From assembly GCA_035527755.1 (NCBI GenBank), contig DATKZX010000006.1, positions 26,057 through 90,056 of the forward strand: 64,000 nt of DNA. The letters run 5' to 3'. Shown piece after piece: positions 46,183 through 55,375 of this stretch; the stretch's first letter is position 1, and every line of letters begins with the position of its first letter. The notes under the pieces were generated by a model, which did no database searches, was not told the DNA's origin, and was given only the letters and a program-made list of their open reading frames with translations. The position numbers and the translations under genes are program-made. Origin of the DNA: Methanomassiliicoccales archaeon. GTDB lineage: Archaea; Thermoplasmatota; Thermoplasmata; Methanomassiliicoccales; UBA472.

Positions 46183-47106
46183 ATGAAGCTTTGGGATTTT
46201 AGTAGGGTCAAGGACGGTAAGGTCAGAATAGGGGATAAAATACGCCACCGTGTGGGCTTGGAGGATGGAAGTCAAGTATATTCCACCCTTTTCAGGTACG
46301 AACACAATGGGGCGCGTGGACATGAGATCGTCCTATCCACGTTCGGACCGGAGAACTACCGGGAGCTGTGCAATCTCACTTTCTACATGATCGATTCGCC
46401 TGGCGCCTGCGCTCAGGCGGCCAAGTTCCTGTCCGACCGAAACGTGGACATCCTGAACTCGGTCTCGGTCAGCATGACCTGCGGCATCTCCATGGTCTGG
46501 AAGATGCTGGTGGACCTTTCCTATTACGGAGACTCCACTCAGTTGACGGAGGACTTTGCGGCCATAAGGCGCACCAGCCCCACCGCCCTCTCGAAGGTGG
46601 AGGGACTTGAGATATCCACCTCCCACATCAGCGACCGCTATACCAAAGGTGTCAGTGGCCCTCAGTCCTCGAAGATAACGGCCAAGGCGCTGCGCAAGGT
46701 TTCTCGCTCCCCTTCACCGATAAAGGACGAGAGCTTCCCCATTCCAAAGGATTACCTGGACCAGCTGGAAGGCGTGACCGAGGGTACGCCGGTCATGATG
46801 GTGGGGGACGTGGACTCCTGGGTGCTATCGATGTCATTCCTGCCTGACGACTGTCTGATCGTGGAGATGTCCTTCGAGATCCCGGACAAGCCCGGCGCCA
46901 TTTACCGGGCCACGGAAGCGTTGGCAGCTCAGGACGTCAATCTACTGGCGGTCTCGTCAAGGGTGCTGGTATACGGGCAGAAGATGGCCCTGGACCTGGT
47001 GGCCGATCTGAGCCACGCCGGCGATCTGGACAAGGTGGTCGAGGCGATCTTGACCTCGTTGGGCGGGGAGTTCAAGCTCCGTTCCAAGGGCGTTGTGGTC
47101 TTTTGA
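46183..47106 (+). CDS. hypothetical protein: AbrB/SpoVT-like N-terminus plus two ACT-like domains
   Basis: DGKVRIGDKIRHRVGLEDGSQVYSTL (swapped-hairpin-like). Two beta-alpha-beta-beta-alpha-beta candidates: CNLTFYMIDSPGACAQAAKFLSDRNVDILN and VEMSFEIPDKPGAIYRATEALAAQDVNLLA. Domain calls are inference. Confidence 0.45.
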   Translation: MKLWDFSRVKDGKVRIGDKIRHRVGLEDGSQVYSTLFRYEHNGARGHEIVLSTFGPENYRELCNLTFYMIDSPGACAQAAKFLSDRNVDILNSVSVSMTCGISMVWKMLVDLSYYGDSTQLTEDFAAIRRTSPTALSKVEGLEISTSHISDRYTKGVSGPQSSKITAKALRKVSRSPSPIKDESFPIPKDYLDQLEGVTEGTPVMMVGDVDSWVLSMSFLPDDCLIVEMSFEIPDKPGAIYRATEALAAQDVNLLAVSSRVLVYGQKMALDLVADLSHAGDLDKVVEAILTSLGGEFKLRSKGVVVF

Positions 47107-47116
47107 GGCCTCAAAA

Positions 47117-47884
47117 ATGCTGATAGGCCGCAAGGTACTGGTGAAAGATGAGGTGACCTCCACCAACGAGGTCGCCAGGTCCCTGGCCCTGGAAGGTGAG
47201 CCAGAGGGGACCGTGGTCACGGCCGTCCGCCAGAGCGGAGGGAAAGGGAGGATGGGCCGCCAATGGGAATCACCTGAGGGCGGGGTCTATCTCTCGGTGA
47301 TCCTGCGGCCAGAGCTACCGGCCTCCGACCTTACATTACTAACGGTGATGTCCTGCCTGCCAGTGGCCCAGGCCATCGAGGAGGCCTGCCATTCCGTCCC
47401 GACCATCAAATGGCCGAACGACGTGAAGCTCAAGGGCCGCAAGGTCGCCGGGGTCTTGGTGGAAGCGTGCTACCGCGGCGGCGAGCCGCGATTTCTGATA
47501 TTGGGCATAGGGATCAACCTGAACACTGAACCTGGGCATCTCAGATCGCCGGAGGCGGGCAGCGTGGCCGACCTTTGCGGCAATAACCTGGACCAGGAAC
47601 ATTTCATGAACGTGTTGTTGTTCAAACTGGATGACATGTACGCCAAGTTCAGAAAGGGCGACCGGGACCTCTCCCTGTACGAAAGGTACAGCGAGTCCCT
47701 GGGCAAGGAGGTCGAGGTGAGGTTGGGGGACCAACACGTCAAAGGTAAGGCGATGCACCTGGATGCCGATGGGTCCCTGGTGCTGAGGTCCGATGACGGG
47801 ATGATATATCGAGCGACCTCCATACACGACGTGATCACATTGGACCGCGGACAGGTACGATTTGAAACGGGTAACGTTCATTAG
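47117..47884 (+). CDS. birA: biotin--[acetyl-CoA-carboxylase] ligase
   Basis: VTSTNEVA..., biotin-binding loop QSGGKGRMGRQWESPEGG, KWPNDV. There is no N-terminal HTH, so it is a group I ligase. I prefer ATG 47117, which lies after the upstream stop at 47106. Confidence 0.9.
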   Translation: MLIGRKVLVKDEVTSTNEVARSLALEGEPEGTVVTAVRQSGGKGRMGRQWESPEGGVYLSVILRPELPASDLTLLTVMSCLPVAQAIEEACHSVPTIKWPNDVKLKGRKVAGVLVEACYRGGEPRFLILGIGINLNTEPGHLRSPEAGSVADLCGNNLDQEHFMNVLLFKLDDMYAKFRKGDRDLSLYERYSESLGKEVEVRLGDQHVKGKAMHLDADGSLVLRSDDGMIYRATSIHDVITLDRGQVRFETGNVH

Positions 47885-47912
47885 CTAGGAGCACGAATAA
47901 AGGGGGAGCATC

Positions 47913-49460
47913 ATGGGCGAGGACAAGGTCAAGGAACTTCGGGAAATGAAGAAGCGGTCGAGGGCCGGCGGCGGAGCGGAGCGGGTCGAGATGCACCGCA
48001 TGCAGGGCAAGATGACCGCCCGGGAGAGAGTGGACACTCTGCTGGACCCCGGATCATTCGTTGAACTGGACCCCTTCGTTTCCCACCAGGCCTATCATTT
48101 CGGCATGGAGAAGCAGAAGATGCTTGGGGATGGCGTTGTCACCGGTCATGGGACCATCGAAGGTCAGCAGGTGTTCGTCTATGCCCAGGACTTCACCGTC
48201 TTCGCCGGATCGGTCGGTCGCATGCATGCCCAGAAGATCTGCAAGGTCATCGATCTGGCGATGATGACCGGCTGCCCCATCATCGCGTTGTTCGACTCGG
48301 GCGGGGCTCGTCTGCAGGAGGGCGTGGATTCACTTGCCGGCTACGGAGATGTCATGCTGAAACATACGCTCGCTTCGGGCGTCATACCGCAGATAGCCAT
48401 GGTCATGGGGCCTTGCGCTGGAAGCGGCGTCTACGCCCCGCATCTCTGCGACTTCGTGTTCATGGTGAAGGAAAAAGCGTGCATGTTCATGGTCAGCCCG
48501 GACGTCATCAAGGTGGTGCAGAAAGAGGAAGTGACCTTGGAAGAACTGGGTGGAGCTAGCGTCCACGCTTCCCATACTGGTTCGGCCCACTTCGTGGCCG
48601 AGGACGATATGGACTGCATCAAGCAGGTGCGCAGGCTGCTGGGCTATCTCCCATACAACAATCTGGAACAGCCGCGGAACAAAGCGACGGGCGATGATCC
48701 CGAGCGCCGTGAAGACTCCCTGGACACCATTATTCCAGAGGACCCCATGAAACCATACGATATGAAGGAGGTCGTCCGCAAGATCGTGGACAAGGGGGAG
48801 TTCCTGGAGGTGCATGAACTGTATGCACGTAACATTATCGTGGGCTTCGCCCGCATGGACGGGAGCACGGTCGGCATCGTGGCCAACCAGCCCATGGTAT
48901 TGGCCGGTACGTTGGATACCGGTTCCTCGCTCAAAGCGGCGCGCTTCGTGCGCTTCTGTGATGCTTTCAACATTCCCTTGATAACCTTGGTGGACGTGCC
49001 GGGCTACATGCCCAGCGTGGAGCAGGAGAACTCCTCTCTGCTTCGGGACGCCACCAAGCTTCTGTACGCTTACGCGGAGGCGAGCACCCCCAAGGTGACG
49101 GTCATCACCCGCAAGGCCATAGGCGGCGCCTACTGCGTCATGGGCTCCAAGCATCTGAGGACGGACATCAACCTGGCCTGGCCGACGGCCGAGATCGCCA
49201 TCGTTGGACCTGAGGGTGCCATCAACATCGTTTTCAAGCAGGAACTGATCATGGCCGATGACCCGCAGGAGAAGAGGGACGTGCTCATCTCAGAGTACCG
49301 CAAGCTGTACGCCTCGGCGTTCTTCTCTGCGGAGCGTGGGTATCTGGACGATATTATAGAGCCGAACAACACCCGCATGCGGTTGATCGAAGCCCTGACC
49401 ATGCTGGACCGCAAGCGGGAGAACCGCCCGGCCAAGAAGCACGGCAATATGCCGCTGTGA
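47913..49460 (+). CDS. acyl-CoA carboxyltransferase (propionyl-CoA carboxylase beta / methylmalonyl-CoA carboxyltransferase 12S-type)
   Basis: Two crotonase-like CT halves, DSGGARLQEG, VMGPCAGSGVY, and the C-terminal GGAYCVMG pattern. 515 aa. Confidence 0.9.
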   Translation: MGEDKVKELREMKKRSRAGGGAERVEMHRMQGKMTARERVDTLLDPGSFVELDPFVSHQAYHFGMEKQKMLGDGVVTGHGTIEGQQVFVYAQDFTVFAGSVGRMHAQKICKVIDLAMMTGCPIIALFDSGGARLQEGVDSLAGYGDVMLKHTLASGVIPQIAMVMGPCAGSGVYAPHLCDFVFMVKEKACMFMVSPDVIKVVQKEEVTLEELGGASVHASHTGSAHFVAEDDMDCIKQVRRLLGYLPYNNLEQPRNKATGDDPERREDSLDTIIPEDPMKPYDMKEVVRKIVDKGEFLEVHELYARNIIVGFARMDGSTVGIVANQPMVLAGTLDTGSSLKAARFVRFCDAFNIPLITLVDVPGYMPSVEQENSSLLRDATKLLYAYAEASTPKVTVITRKAIGGAYCVMGSKHLRTDINLAWPTAEIAIVGPEGAINIVFKQELIMADDPQEKRDVLISEYRKLYASAFFSAERGYLDDIIEPNNTRMRLIEALTMLDRKRENRPAKKHGNMPL

Positions 49461-49468
49461 GGGATGAA

Positions 49469-50977
49469 ATGAAGATAAAGATCACCGACACCGTGCTGCG
49501 CGACGCCCACCAATCCCTCCTGGCGACCAGGATGAGGACAGAGGACATGTTGCCTGCCGCCGCCATGCTGGACGAGATAGGCTACTGGTCGGTGGAGATG
49601 TGGGGCGGGGCGACGTTCGATACCTGCCTCCGCTTTCTGCGCGAGGACCCATGGGAGCGCATCACCAAGCTCAAGAAGGCCATGCCCAACACCCCCTTCC
49701 AGATGCTTCTGCGGGGGCAGAACATAGTGGGCTATCGTCATTACTCCGACGACATCCTGGAGAAGTTCGTCAAGAACGCCAAGCGCCGGGGCATAGATGT
49801 CTTCCGCATCTTCGACGCCTTGAACGATCACCGCAACATGCAGATGGCCATGCGCTGCGTGAAGAAGGTGGGAGGAGTGGTCGAGGCCAGCATCTCCTAC
49901 ACCATATCTCCGGTCCATACCATCGAAGGTTACATCAAATTCGCCCGGAAACTTCAGGACATGGGCGCCGACACCATCTGCATCAAGGATATGGCCGGCA
50001 TGTTGGCCCCGATGGACGCCTATGAGCTGGTCAAACAGCTGCGTGAGGAGATCGGTCTGCCGGTCCATATGCACTGCCACGCCACCTCCGGAATGGTCAT
50101 GGGCACCTACATGAAGGCGATCGAGGCCGGGGCGGAGATAGTTGATACGGCGATCTCCAGCTTGAGCCTGGGCACCTCGCAGACGCCCACGGAGGCCGTG
50201 GTTGCCATGCTCAACGGGACGGAATACGATACCGGCCTGGACCTGAAGAAGCTGAAGGAGATAGCCGAGTACTTCAAGACCGTGCGGGTCAAGTACCATG
50301 CGTTCGAGAGCGATTTCACTGGCATCGACACCAACGTCCTGGTGTATCAGATCCCCGGCGGAATGATGTCCAACCTGGCATCCCAGATGAGAGAGGCCAA
50401 GAAGGAGGACAAGATGGCCGAGGTGCTGGAGGAGGTACCGCGGGTGAAGGCGGAACTGGGACACGTTCCTTTGGTAACCCCAACCTCGCAGATAGTGGGC
50501 ACCCAGGCCGTACTGAACGTCATAACCGGCGAGCGTTACAAGATGGTCACCAACGAGACCAAGAACCTGGTCAGGGGGCTCTATGGCAAGACCCCGGCCG
50601 ATATCTCCCCGGAGATCAGGAGGAAGATCATCGGGGACGAAAAGCCCATCACCGTTCGCCCGGCCGATCTTCTGGAGCCGGAGTTCGATAAGCTTTGCAA
50701 GGAGGTCGAGGAGTACGCCTGCAACGAGAAGATGGTCTGCTCCGAGGAGGACGTGCTCTCTTACGCGCTCTTCCCCCCGGTGGCGTTGGACTACTTCAAG
50801 TACCGCCAGATGATGGAGAAGGGCGTCAACCTGAAGGAGCTGGCGGCGGTCGCCGTGCTCTACATGCGGTCCACCGAGAGGCACGCGTCCAACAAGATGT
50901 CCTCGGGCGGGAGCATGGACGCCTGGAAGCTGGTGGCCCGTAAAGAGGCCGTCGGCAAAGGGGGGTGGCCACTGTGA
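49469..50977 (+). CDS. oxaloacetate/pyruvate carboxyltransferase (5S-type; PycB/OadA-like) without a biotinyl domain
   Basis: MKIKITDTVLRDAHQSL..., an HMGL-like TIM barrel (CIKDMAGML, HMHCHATSGM). It ends without an AMKM lipoyl/biotinyl domain. ATG 49469 follows GAGGGATGAA. Confidence 0.85.
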   Translation: MKIKITDTVLRDAHQSLLATRMRTEDMLPAAAMLDEIGYWSVEMWGGATFDTCLRFLREDPWERITKLKKAMPNTPFQMLLRGQNIVGYRHYSDDILEKFVKNAKRRGIDVFRIFDALNDHRNMQMAMRCVKKVGGVVEASISYTISPVHTIEGYIKFARKLQDMGADTICIKDMAGMLAPMDAYELVKQLREEIGLPVHMHCHATSGMVMGTYMKAIEAGAEIVDTAISSLSLGTSQTPTEAVVAMLNGTEYDTGLDLKKLKEIAEYFKTVRVKYHAFESDFTGIDTNVLVYQIPGGMMSNLASQMREAKKEDKMAEVLEEVPRVKAELGHVPLVTPTSQIVGTQAVLNVITGERYKMVTNETKNLVRGLYGKTPADISPEIRRKIIGDEKPITVRPADLLEPEFDKLCKEVEEYACNEKMVCSEEDVLSYALFPPVALDYFKYRQMMEKGVNLKELAAVAVLYMRSTERHASNKMSSGGSMDAWKLVARKEAVGKGGWPL

Positions 50978-51477
50978 AGCTGCGCATGACCGTCAACGGC
51001 CACGAATACGAGGTGACGGTGGAGAAGAACGGCGGTGACTACCGTGTGGACGTGGAGGACCACGTCTTCAAGTGCATTTTCAAAGAGGAAAAGGTCCTGG
51101 TGAACGGAGAGCTCGTCCCACTGACCATCGAGGGCGATCTGGAGTCCGGGGCCAAGATAACGGCCGAGGACCACACCATGGAGCTGAAGCTGCAGCAGGT
51201 GCGGGAGATCGAACACTTCTCGATAGAGGAGGTCGTTGAAGGTGCCAAGAGCGAGGGAAGTTCCGGAGCGGTGCTGTCCCCGATGCCCGGTAAGATCATG
51301 GCCGTCAAGGTGAAGGCCGGCGATACGGTTCAGGCCAACCAGGTCGTGGTAGTGCTGGAGGCCATGAAGATGGAGAACGAGGTCCAGTGCGAGACCGCGG
51401 GTAAGGTCAAGGACGTCAAGGTCCGGGCCGGTGAGACCGTGGAAGGCGGGCAGGTACTGCTGGTCATAGAGGCTTAA
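50974..51477 (+). CDS. biotin carboxyl carrier protein (1.3S-type), extended
   Basis: C-terminal biotinyl domain SPMPGKIMAVKVKAGDTVQANQVVVVLEAMKMENEV. The N-terminus VKLRMTVNGHEYEVTVE resembles 1.3S MKLKVTVNG. The GTG at 50974 overlaps the 5S stop. Alternative starts are GTG 50965 and ATG 50986. Confidence 0.8.
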   Translation: MKLRMTVNGHEYEVTVEKNGGDYRVDVEDHVFKCIFKEEKVLVNGELVPLTIEGDLESGAKITAEDHTMELKLQQVREIEHFSIEEVVEGAKSEGSSGAVLSPMPGKIMAVKVKAGDTVQANQVVVVLEAMKMENEVQCETAGKVKDVKVRAGETVEGGQVLLVIEA

Positions 51478-52769
51478 AAGTCCAAGGACCCAGCTGCCTC
51501 CACCATCTCCGCCCTCATCCCCTCCCCGGCGCATATGGTGGTGCACACCTTCTCTCTTAACAGGATGTCCTGCGCCACCTTCATGACCTGCTCCGCGGTG
51601 ACGGAATTTATCTCCTCCAGCTGCTCCTCGATGCTCTGCACCTTACCCGTGTCCAGGTAGTGATGCAGTTGTGAGCTCATGTTCTGGTCCGGGCGGCAGG
51701 CGTTGCGCAGCAATGCCCCCTTCAGGACGTACTTGGCCTTCTCCAGCTCACCCTGGACCAGCCCCTCGCGTTTGAGCCTGGACAGTTCCTGTCCGTAGGA
51801 ATCGAAGAGTCTGGGCACCTGCTCCATGGATGTGGAGCAGTAGGTCATCATCGAACCGCAGTCCCTGAACGTGAACGGATACATGCTGATGGAATATACC
51901 AGACCTTCCAATTCCCGTATCCTGTGGTTCAATCGAGAGGATGTGCCTCCGCATAGGATCGTGGAAAGAACGGACTGGGCCATGACCAGATCATGCGACG
52001 CGGGATAGGCTGGCACCCCTATGCCTATGTAGGCGCGCTCCGCACCTTTGACGAAGAAGTTGACCCCTTGGGTCTGCTTTGGTCTACGGCGGCGTTTCCT
52101 GGCGGCCTGTCCCCCGGTCCGATCGAAGTTACTGGCCCATTCGAGCACCCTCTGGAAGTCCACGTTACCCACTGCGCTGACCACCAGGTGCGGCTCGTAG
52201 TAATGGGTGTCATGATAGTCCAGCAGGAACTCGGAGTTGAAATTGTTCAGGCTCTCCGGCGTACCCAGTATCGATCGGGAAAGCGCATTCCCCTTGTACA
52301 TGACCTCCACCATCCTGGTCCGTAAATGGGATGATGGGTCGTTCATGCGCATGCCTATCTCCTGCTTGACGATGTTTCGTTCCAGTTCCACCAGGACCGG
52401 GTCCATGCGCGGGTTCAGGAAAAGATCGGACAGCAGTTCTTCGGCCACCTTCAGCGACTCATCTATGGTGAACGCGTAATAACAAGTGGCCTCGTGGGTC
52501 GTATAGGCGTTCAGGTACCCGCCAGAGGACTCGATCTTATCGTTCACGTCACGGAAGTCTCGGGTCTTTGTCCCCCTGAAGAGCATGTGCTCCAAGAAAT
52601 GCGACACTCCGGACTCGTCCTTCCTCTCATCCCTGGAACCGACCGTGGCGGTCACCGAGAGCGCCACCGTATGAACGTAGGGCACACTCTCCACGATAAC
52701 TGGTACCCCGGCAGGTGTACTCCCGACCTGGATGCGCTGGTCCACTCGGCGGCCGTTCCGTCCGTTCAT
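51474..52769 (-). CDS. M16 family (pitrilysin/insulinase-like) zinc peptidase
   Basis: The inverted zinc motif HFLEHMLFRGT (HxxEH) and a two-domain length. ATG 52769 forms an ATGA overlap with the permease stop. The track start 52775 is also possible. Confidence 0.85.
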   Translation of the reverse strand: MNGRNGRRVDQRIQVGSTPAGVPVIVESVPYVHTVALSVTATVGSRDERKDESGVSHFLEHMLFRGTKTRDFRDVNDKIESSGGYLNAYTTHEATCYYAFTIDESLKVAEELLSDLFLNPRMDPVLVELERNIVKQEIGMRMNDPSSHLRTRMVEVMYKGNALSRSILGTPESLNNFNSEFLLDYHDTHYYEPHLVVSAVGNVDFQRVLEWASNFDRTGGQAARKRRRRPKQTQGVNFFVKGAERAYIGIGVPAYPASHDLVMAQSVLSTILCGGTSSRLNHRIRELEGLVYSISMYPFTFRDCGSMMTYCSTSMEQVPRLFDSYGQELSRLKREGLVQGELEKAKYVLKGALLRNACRPDQNMSSQLHHYLDTGKVQSIEEQLEEINSVTAEQVMKVAQDILLREKVCTTICAGEGMRAEMVEAAGSLDF

Positions 52770-53803
52770 CTCCATCTTACCAGTATCTCTTCCCTACCAA
52801 ATATACGCGTCGCCAAGTAAAAAAGGGTGATGTCGACACATATCATTACAAGAGCGACGGTGAGCAGATAGGGCAGTGTCAGGGCGATCGCTCCCAGGAG
52901 GGCTACGGCGAAGAAGCCCACGATCGGCAATATCACCAAGCTCCCCAGTTGCTGAGCCGAACGGACGTCGTTGACCCTGGAAGAGATGATGACGTTCCCC
53001 AGGATGCTGACCAGGCAGAAGAGGGGGCCTAGCAAGAACACCACCACGATCCAGGTAAGATCGGGAAGGGGCAGATAATCGAGCACCGGACCGGCTATGA
53101 GGTTCACTATGACCACGAAGGGAACGAAGCATATCCAGGTCACCAGCATGCTGGGCAGTAGTATTGATACGACCTTCCCGGTCAGTATCTCCAGGTCGGA
53201 GGTGGGCGTGGCAAGCAGAGGTTCCAGGGAACGGTTGAGCTTCTCCCCCACCATTGTGTAGGATGCGATGATGGTCGGGATGATGGTGGGGATGAGGGCG
53301 AAGAACAGCATCTGGGCGTCCAGCAGGAGCAGCAGAGTGCTCTCGGCCTCGGTGGGCTCCCCCAGCACCCGGCTGTCCTTGAGGGACACGTTGAACCGGC
53401 TGACGTTCTCCAGATTGCACCGGTCCACTACGCATTCGCTCAAGGAACTGTCCATGATATCGCTGTTGCGCACAAGACAATAGTTCATTTCACAGTCTAC
53501 GAAACGGCAGCTGAGGGCCACGATGTTTCCCAGGGTGACCCCGATGAAGAAAGTATGGTTATAGTACCCGTTCAGCACCGTGCCTCCGTACACGATCTCT
53601 ACCGTCTCTATACCCAGGTTCATAGGCTGGTCGGGAGGGTCGCTGGCGAAGGAGGCCACTGGGAGCAGGTAGACCATCGGCAGGATGGTGGTCATGATCA
53701 AGGGCATGAGGATCAGCGAATAGACGATGTACCGGTTGCGCCGGAACTCCGAGAATTCCTTAAGAGCGATGGTCCAGATCTTATCGGGACGCGTTCTCCT
53801 CAC
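52766..53803 (-). CDS. ABC-2 type transporter permease with a large Cys-rich first extracytoplasmic loop
   Basis: TM1 is followed by a ~150-aa loop (including CRFVDCEMNYCLVRNSDIMDSSLSECVVDRCNLENV) and then 5 TM helices. Overlaps the ATPase gene by 23 nt. Confidence 0.75.
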   Translation of the reverse strand: MRRTRPDKIWTIALKEFSEFRRNRYIVYSLILMPLIMTTILPMVYLLPVASFASDPPDQPMNLGIETVEIVYGGTVLNGYYNHTFFIGVTLGNIVALSCRFVDCEMNYCLVRNSDIMDSSLSECVVDRCNLENVSRFNVSLKDSRVLGEPTEAESTLLLLLDAQMLFFALIPTIIPTIIASYTMVGEKLNRSLEPLLATPTSDLEILTGKVVSILLPSMLVTWICFVPFVVIVNLIAGPVLDYLPLPDLTWIVVVFLLGPLFCLVSILGNVIISSRVNDVRSAQQLGSLVILPIVGFFAVALLGAIALTLPYLLTVALVMICVDITLFYLATRIFGREEILVRWR

Positions 53804-54716
53804 CCCCTATTATCCGGAGGTAGACATCCTCCAGGCTTCTCCTGCTTTCGTATACCTGCTGTACCTCGGCCCCCTCTTTGATCAGCCTGCGCACCACCTC
53901 TGGAGCTCTCAGCTGGGGGTCGTCCAGGGTGAAACAGAGACCTTCGTTTTCAAAGGTCACCTTGATCAACCCAGGGATATCGTTGAAACGTGAGAGGTCC
54001 AGGGTCTCCCGCCCCCTCACCTCCACCAACAGATGTCGGCCGAAATAGTCCTGAGCCAGTTCGTTCGGGCGGCCCATGGCCAAGAGTCGGGTGTTGAGGA
54101 CGGCGATGCGATCGCACAGTCTCTCGGCCTCGTCCAAGTTGTGCGTGTTCAGAAATATGGTCCTGCCCTCCTTCTTCAGGTCCAACAGGTAGTTTCGTAC
54201 GGTGACCGAAGCTGAAGGGTCCAACCCGGAGGTGGGCTCGTCCAGGAACAGCAGCTTGGGTTCGTGTACCAACGCTCGGGCGATGGCTATCTTCTGCTTC
54301 ATGCCCTTGGAGAAACCGGCTACTGGTTGGTCGCGACGGTCCCAAAGTTCCAAGGCTTGAAGCAGATCCTTGATCCTTTCCTTCCGGCATTGGGGATCAC
54401 AACCATACAGCTTGGCGAAGAAGTCCAGGTTTCGATAGGCGCTCAACGACTCGTACAGACCAGGTGATTCAGGCAGCAGACCGATCATGCCCCGTATCCG
54501 CAAACGCTGCTCGGGGTCCTTGACGTCCAGACCGTCGATGTAGGCCTCTCCGCTGCTTAGGGAGATCAAACCACAGAGCATCCGCACGGTGGTGGTCTTG
54601 CCTGCCCCGTTTGGCCCTAGGAGCCCAAAGACCTCCCCTTTCTTGATGTCCAGGGAAAGGTCCTCCACTGCAACCGTGGCGCCGAAACGCCGACCCAATG
54701 CCTTGGTCTTGATCAA
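53781..54716 (-). CDS. ABC transporter ATP-binding protein (ABC-2/DrrA-like)
   Basis: Walker A GPNGAGKTT, signature FSKGMKQK, Walker B LLFLDEPTSGLD, plus a C-terminal accessory domain. Confidence 0.9.
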   Translation of the reverse strand: MIKTKALGRRFGATVAVEDLSLDIKKGEVFGLLGPNGAGKTTTVRMLCGLISLSSGEAYIDGLDVKDPEQRLRIRGMIGLLPESPGLYESLSAYRNLDFFAKLYGCDPQCRKERIKDLLQALELWDRRDQPVAGFSKGMKQKIAIARALVHEPKLLFLDEPTSGLDPSASVTVRNYLLDLKKEGRTIFLNTHNLDEAERLCDRIAVLNTRLLAMGRPNELAQDYFGRHLLVEVRGRETLDLSRFNDIPGLIKVTFENEGLCFTLDDPQLRAPEVVRRLIKEGAEVQQVYESRRSLEDVYLRIIGGEENASR

Positions 54717-54793
54717 ATGCGCCTTCCCCCAAATTTTTGAGAGGTTTCTTTCCAGTTCGAAGGAGCGTCGAACTGACCCCTCTTAATCGGATC

Positions 54794-55375
54794 TCACTTC
54801 TTGGATACCTGCTTCTTGGTCAGATAATCCTTCAGCTCGCTCATGTTCAAGTTCAGCATGACCATGTCACCGACGGTCTTGACGTCCTTGGTCATTATGG
54901 TGATCTGGGAAGAGGGAGCGATACCTTTCTTGAGGTCCAAGGCCTGCTTGGCCGACTTTTCCAGCTTCACACCCAGCTTGGTGATGTCCCAGCCTTTTCC
55001 AGCGTCGAAATACACGTTGTCAAGGTAGCCGACCTGCTTGCCGTCCTGGGCCACCACCTTCTTGTTGAGCAGGTCCCCGGCGCTCATGGGGACCTTTTTA
55101 TCCTCCAGCAGCACCTCCTTGACCTGGTCCATTTTGACCGCCAATGTGACCGTGTCACTGACCGAGGATACCTGCGGGGTGGCCACGTGCACTCTCTGCA
55201 ATCCGATCGCTTTCTTCTTCATGTTCAAGGAAGCCTCGTTGCCCTTACGTACGCTCACCCTGATCGCGGGCACCTTCCAGATGTCCGTATCCACTGAGAT
55301 TCCCTCTACAGTGCCGATTATGATGGCATCCGCGCTGATGACCTCCTTTCCGACGATGTCCTCAAGTCCCGACAT
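54794..55375 (-). CDS. tandem PRC-barrel domain protein
   Basis: Two PRC-barrel-like units: IVGKEVISADAIIIGTVEGISVDTDIWKVPAIRVSV and LLNKKVVAQDGKQVGYLDNVYFDAGKGWDITKLGVKL. Confidence 0.65.
   Translation of the reverse strand: MSGLEDIVGKEVISADAIIIGTVEGISVDTDIWKVPAIRVSVRKGNEASLNMKKKAIGLQRVHVATPQVSSVSDTVTLAVKMDQVKEVLLEDKKVPMSAGDLLNKKVVAQDGKQVGYLDNVYFDAGKGWDITKLGVKLEKSAKQALDLKKGIAPSSQITIMTKDVKTVGDMVMLNLNMSELKDYLTKKQVSKK

Noticed and set aside
49130-50884. 584-aa ORF antisense to the 5S carboxyltransferase gene.
   Set aside because: It overlaps genes that carry unmistakable motifs on the other strand. Its translation is Arg/Gly/His/Leu-rich low complexity, typical of GC-rich shadow frames.
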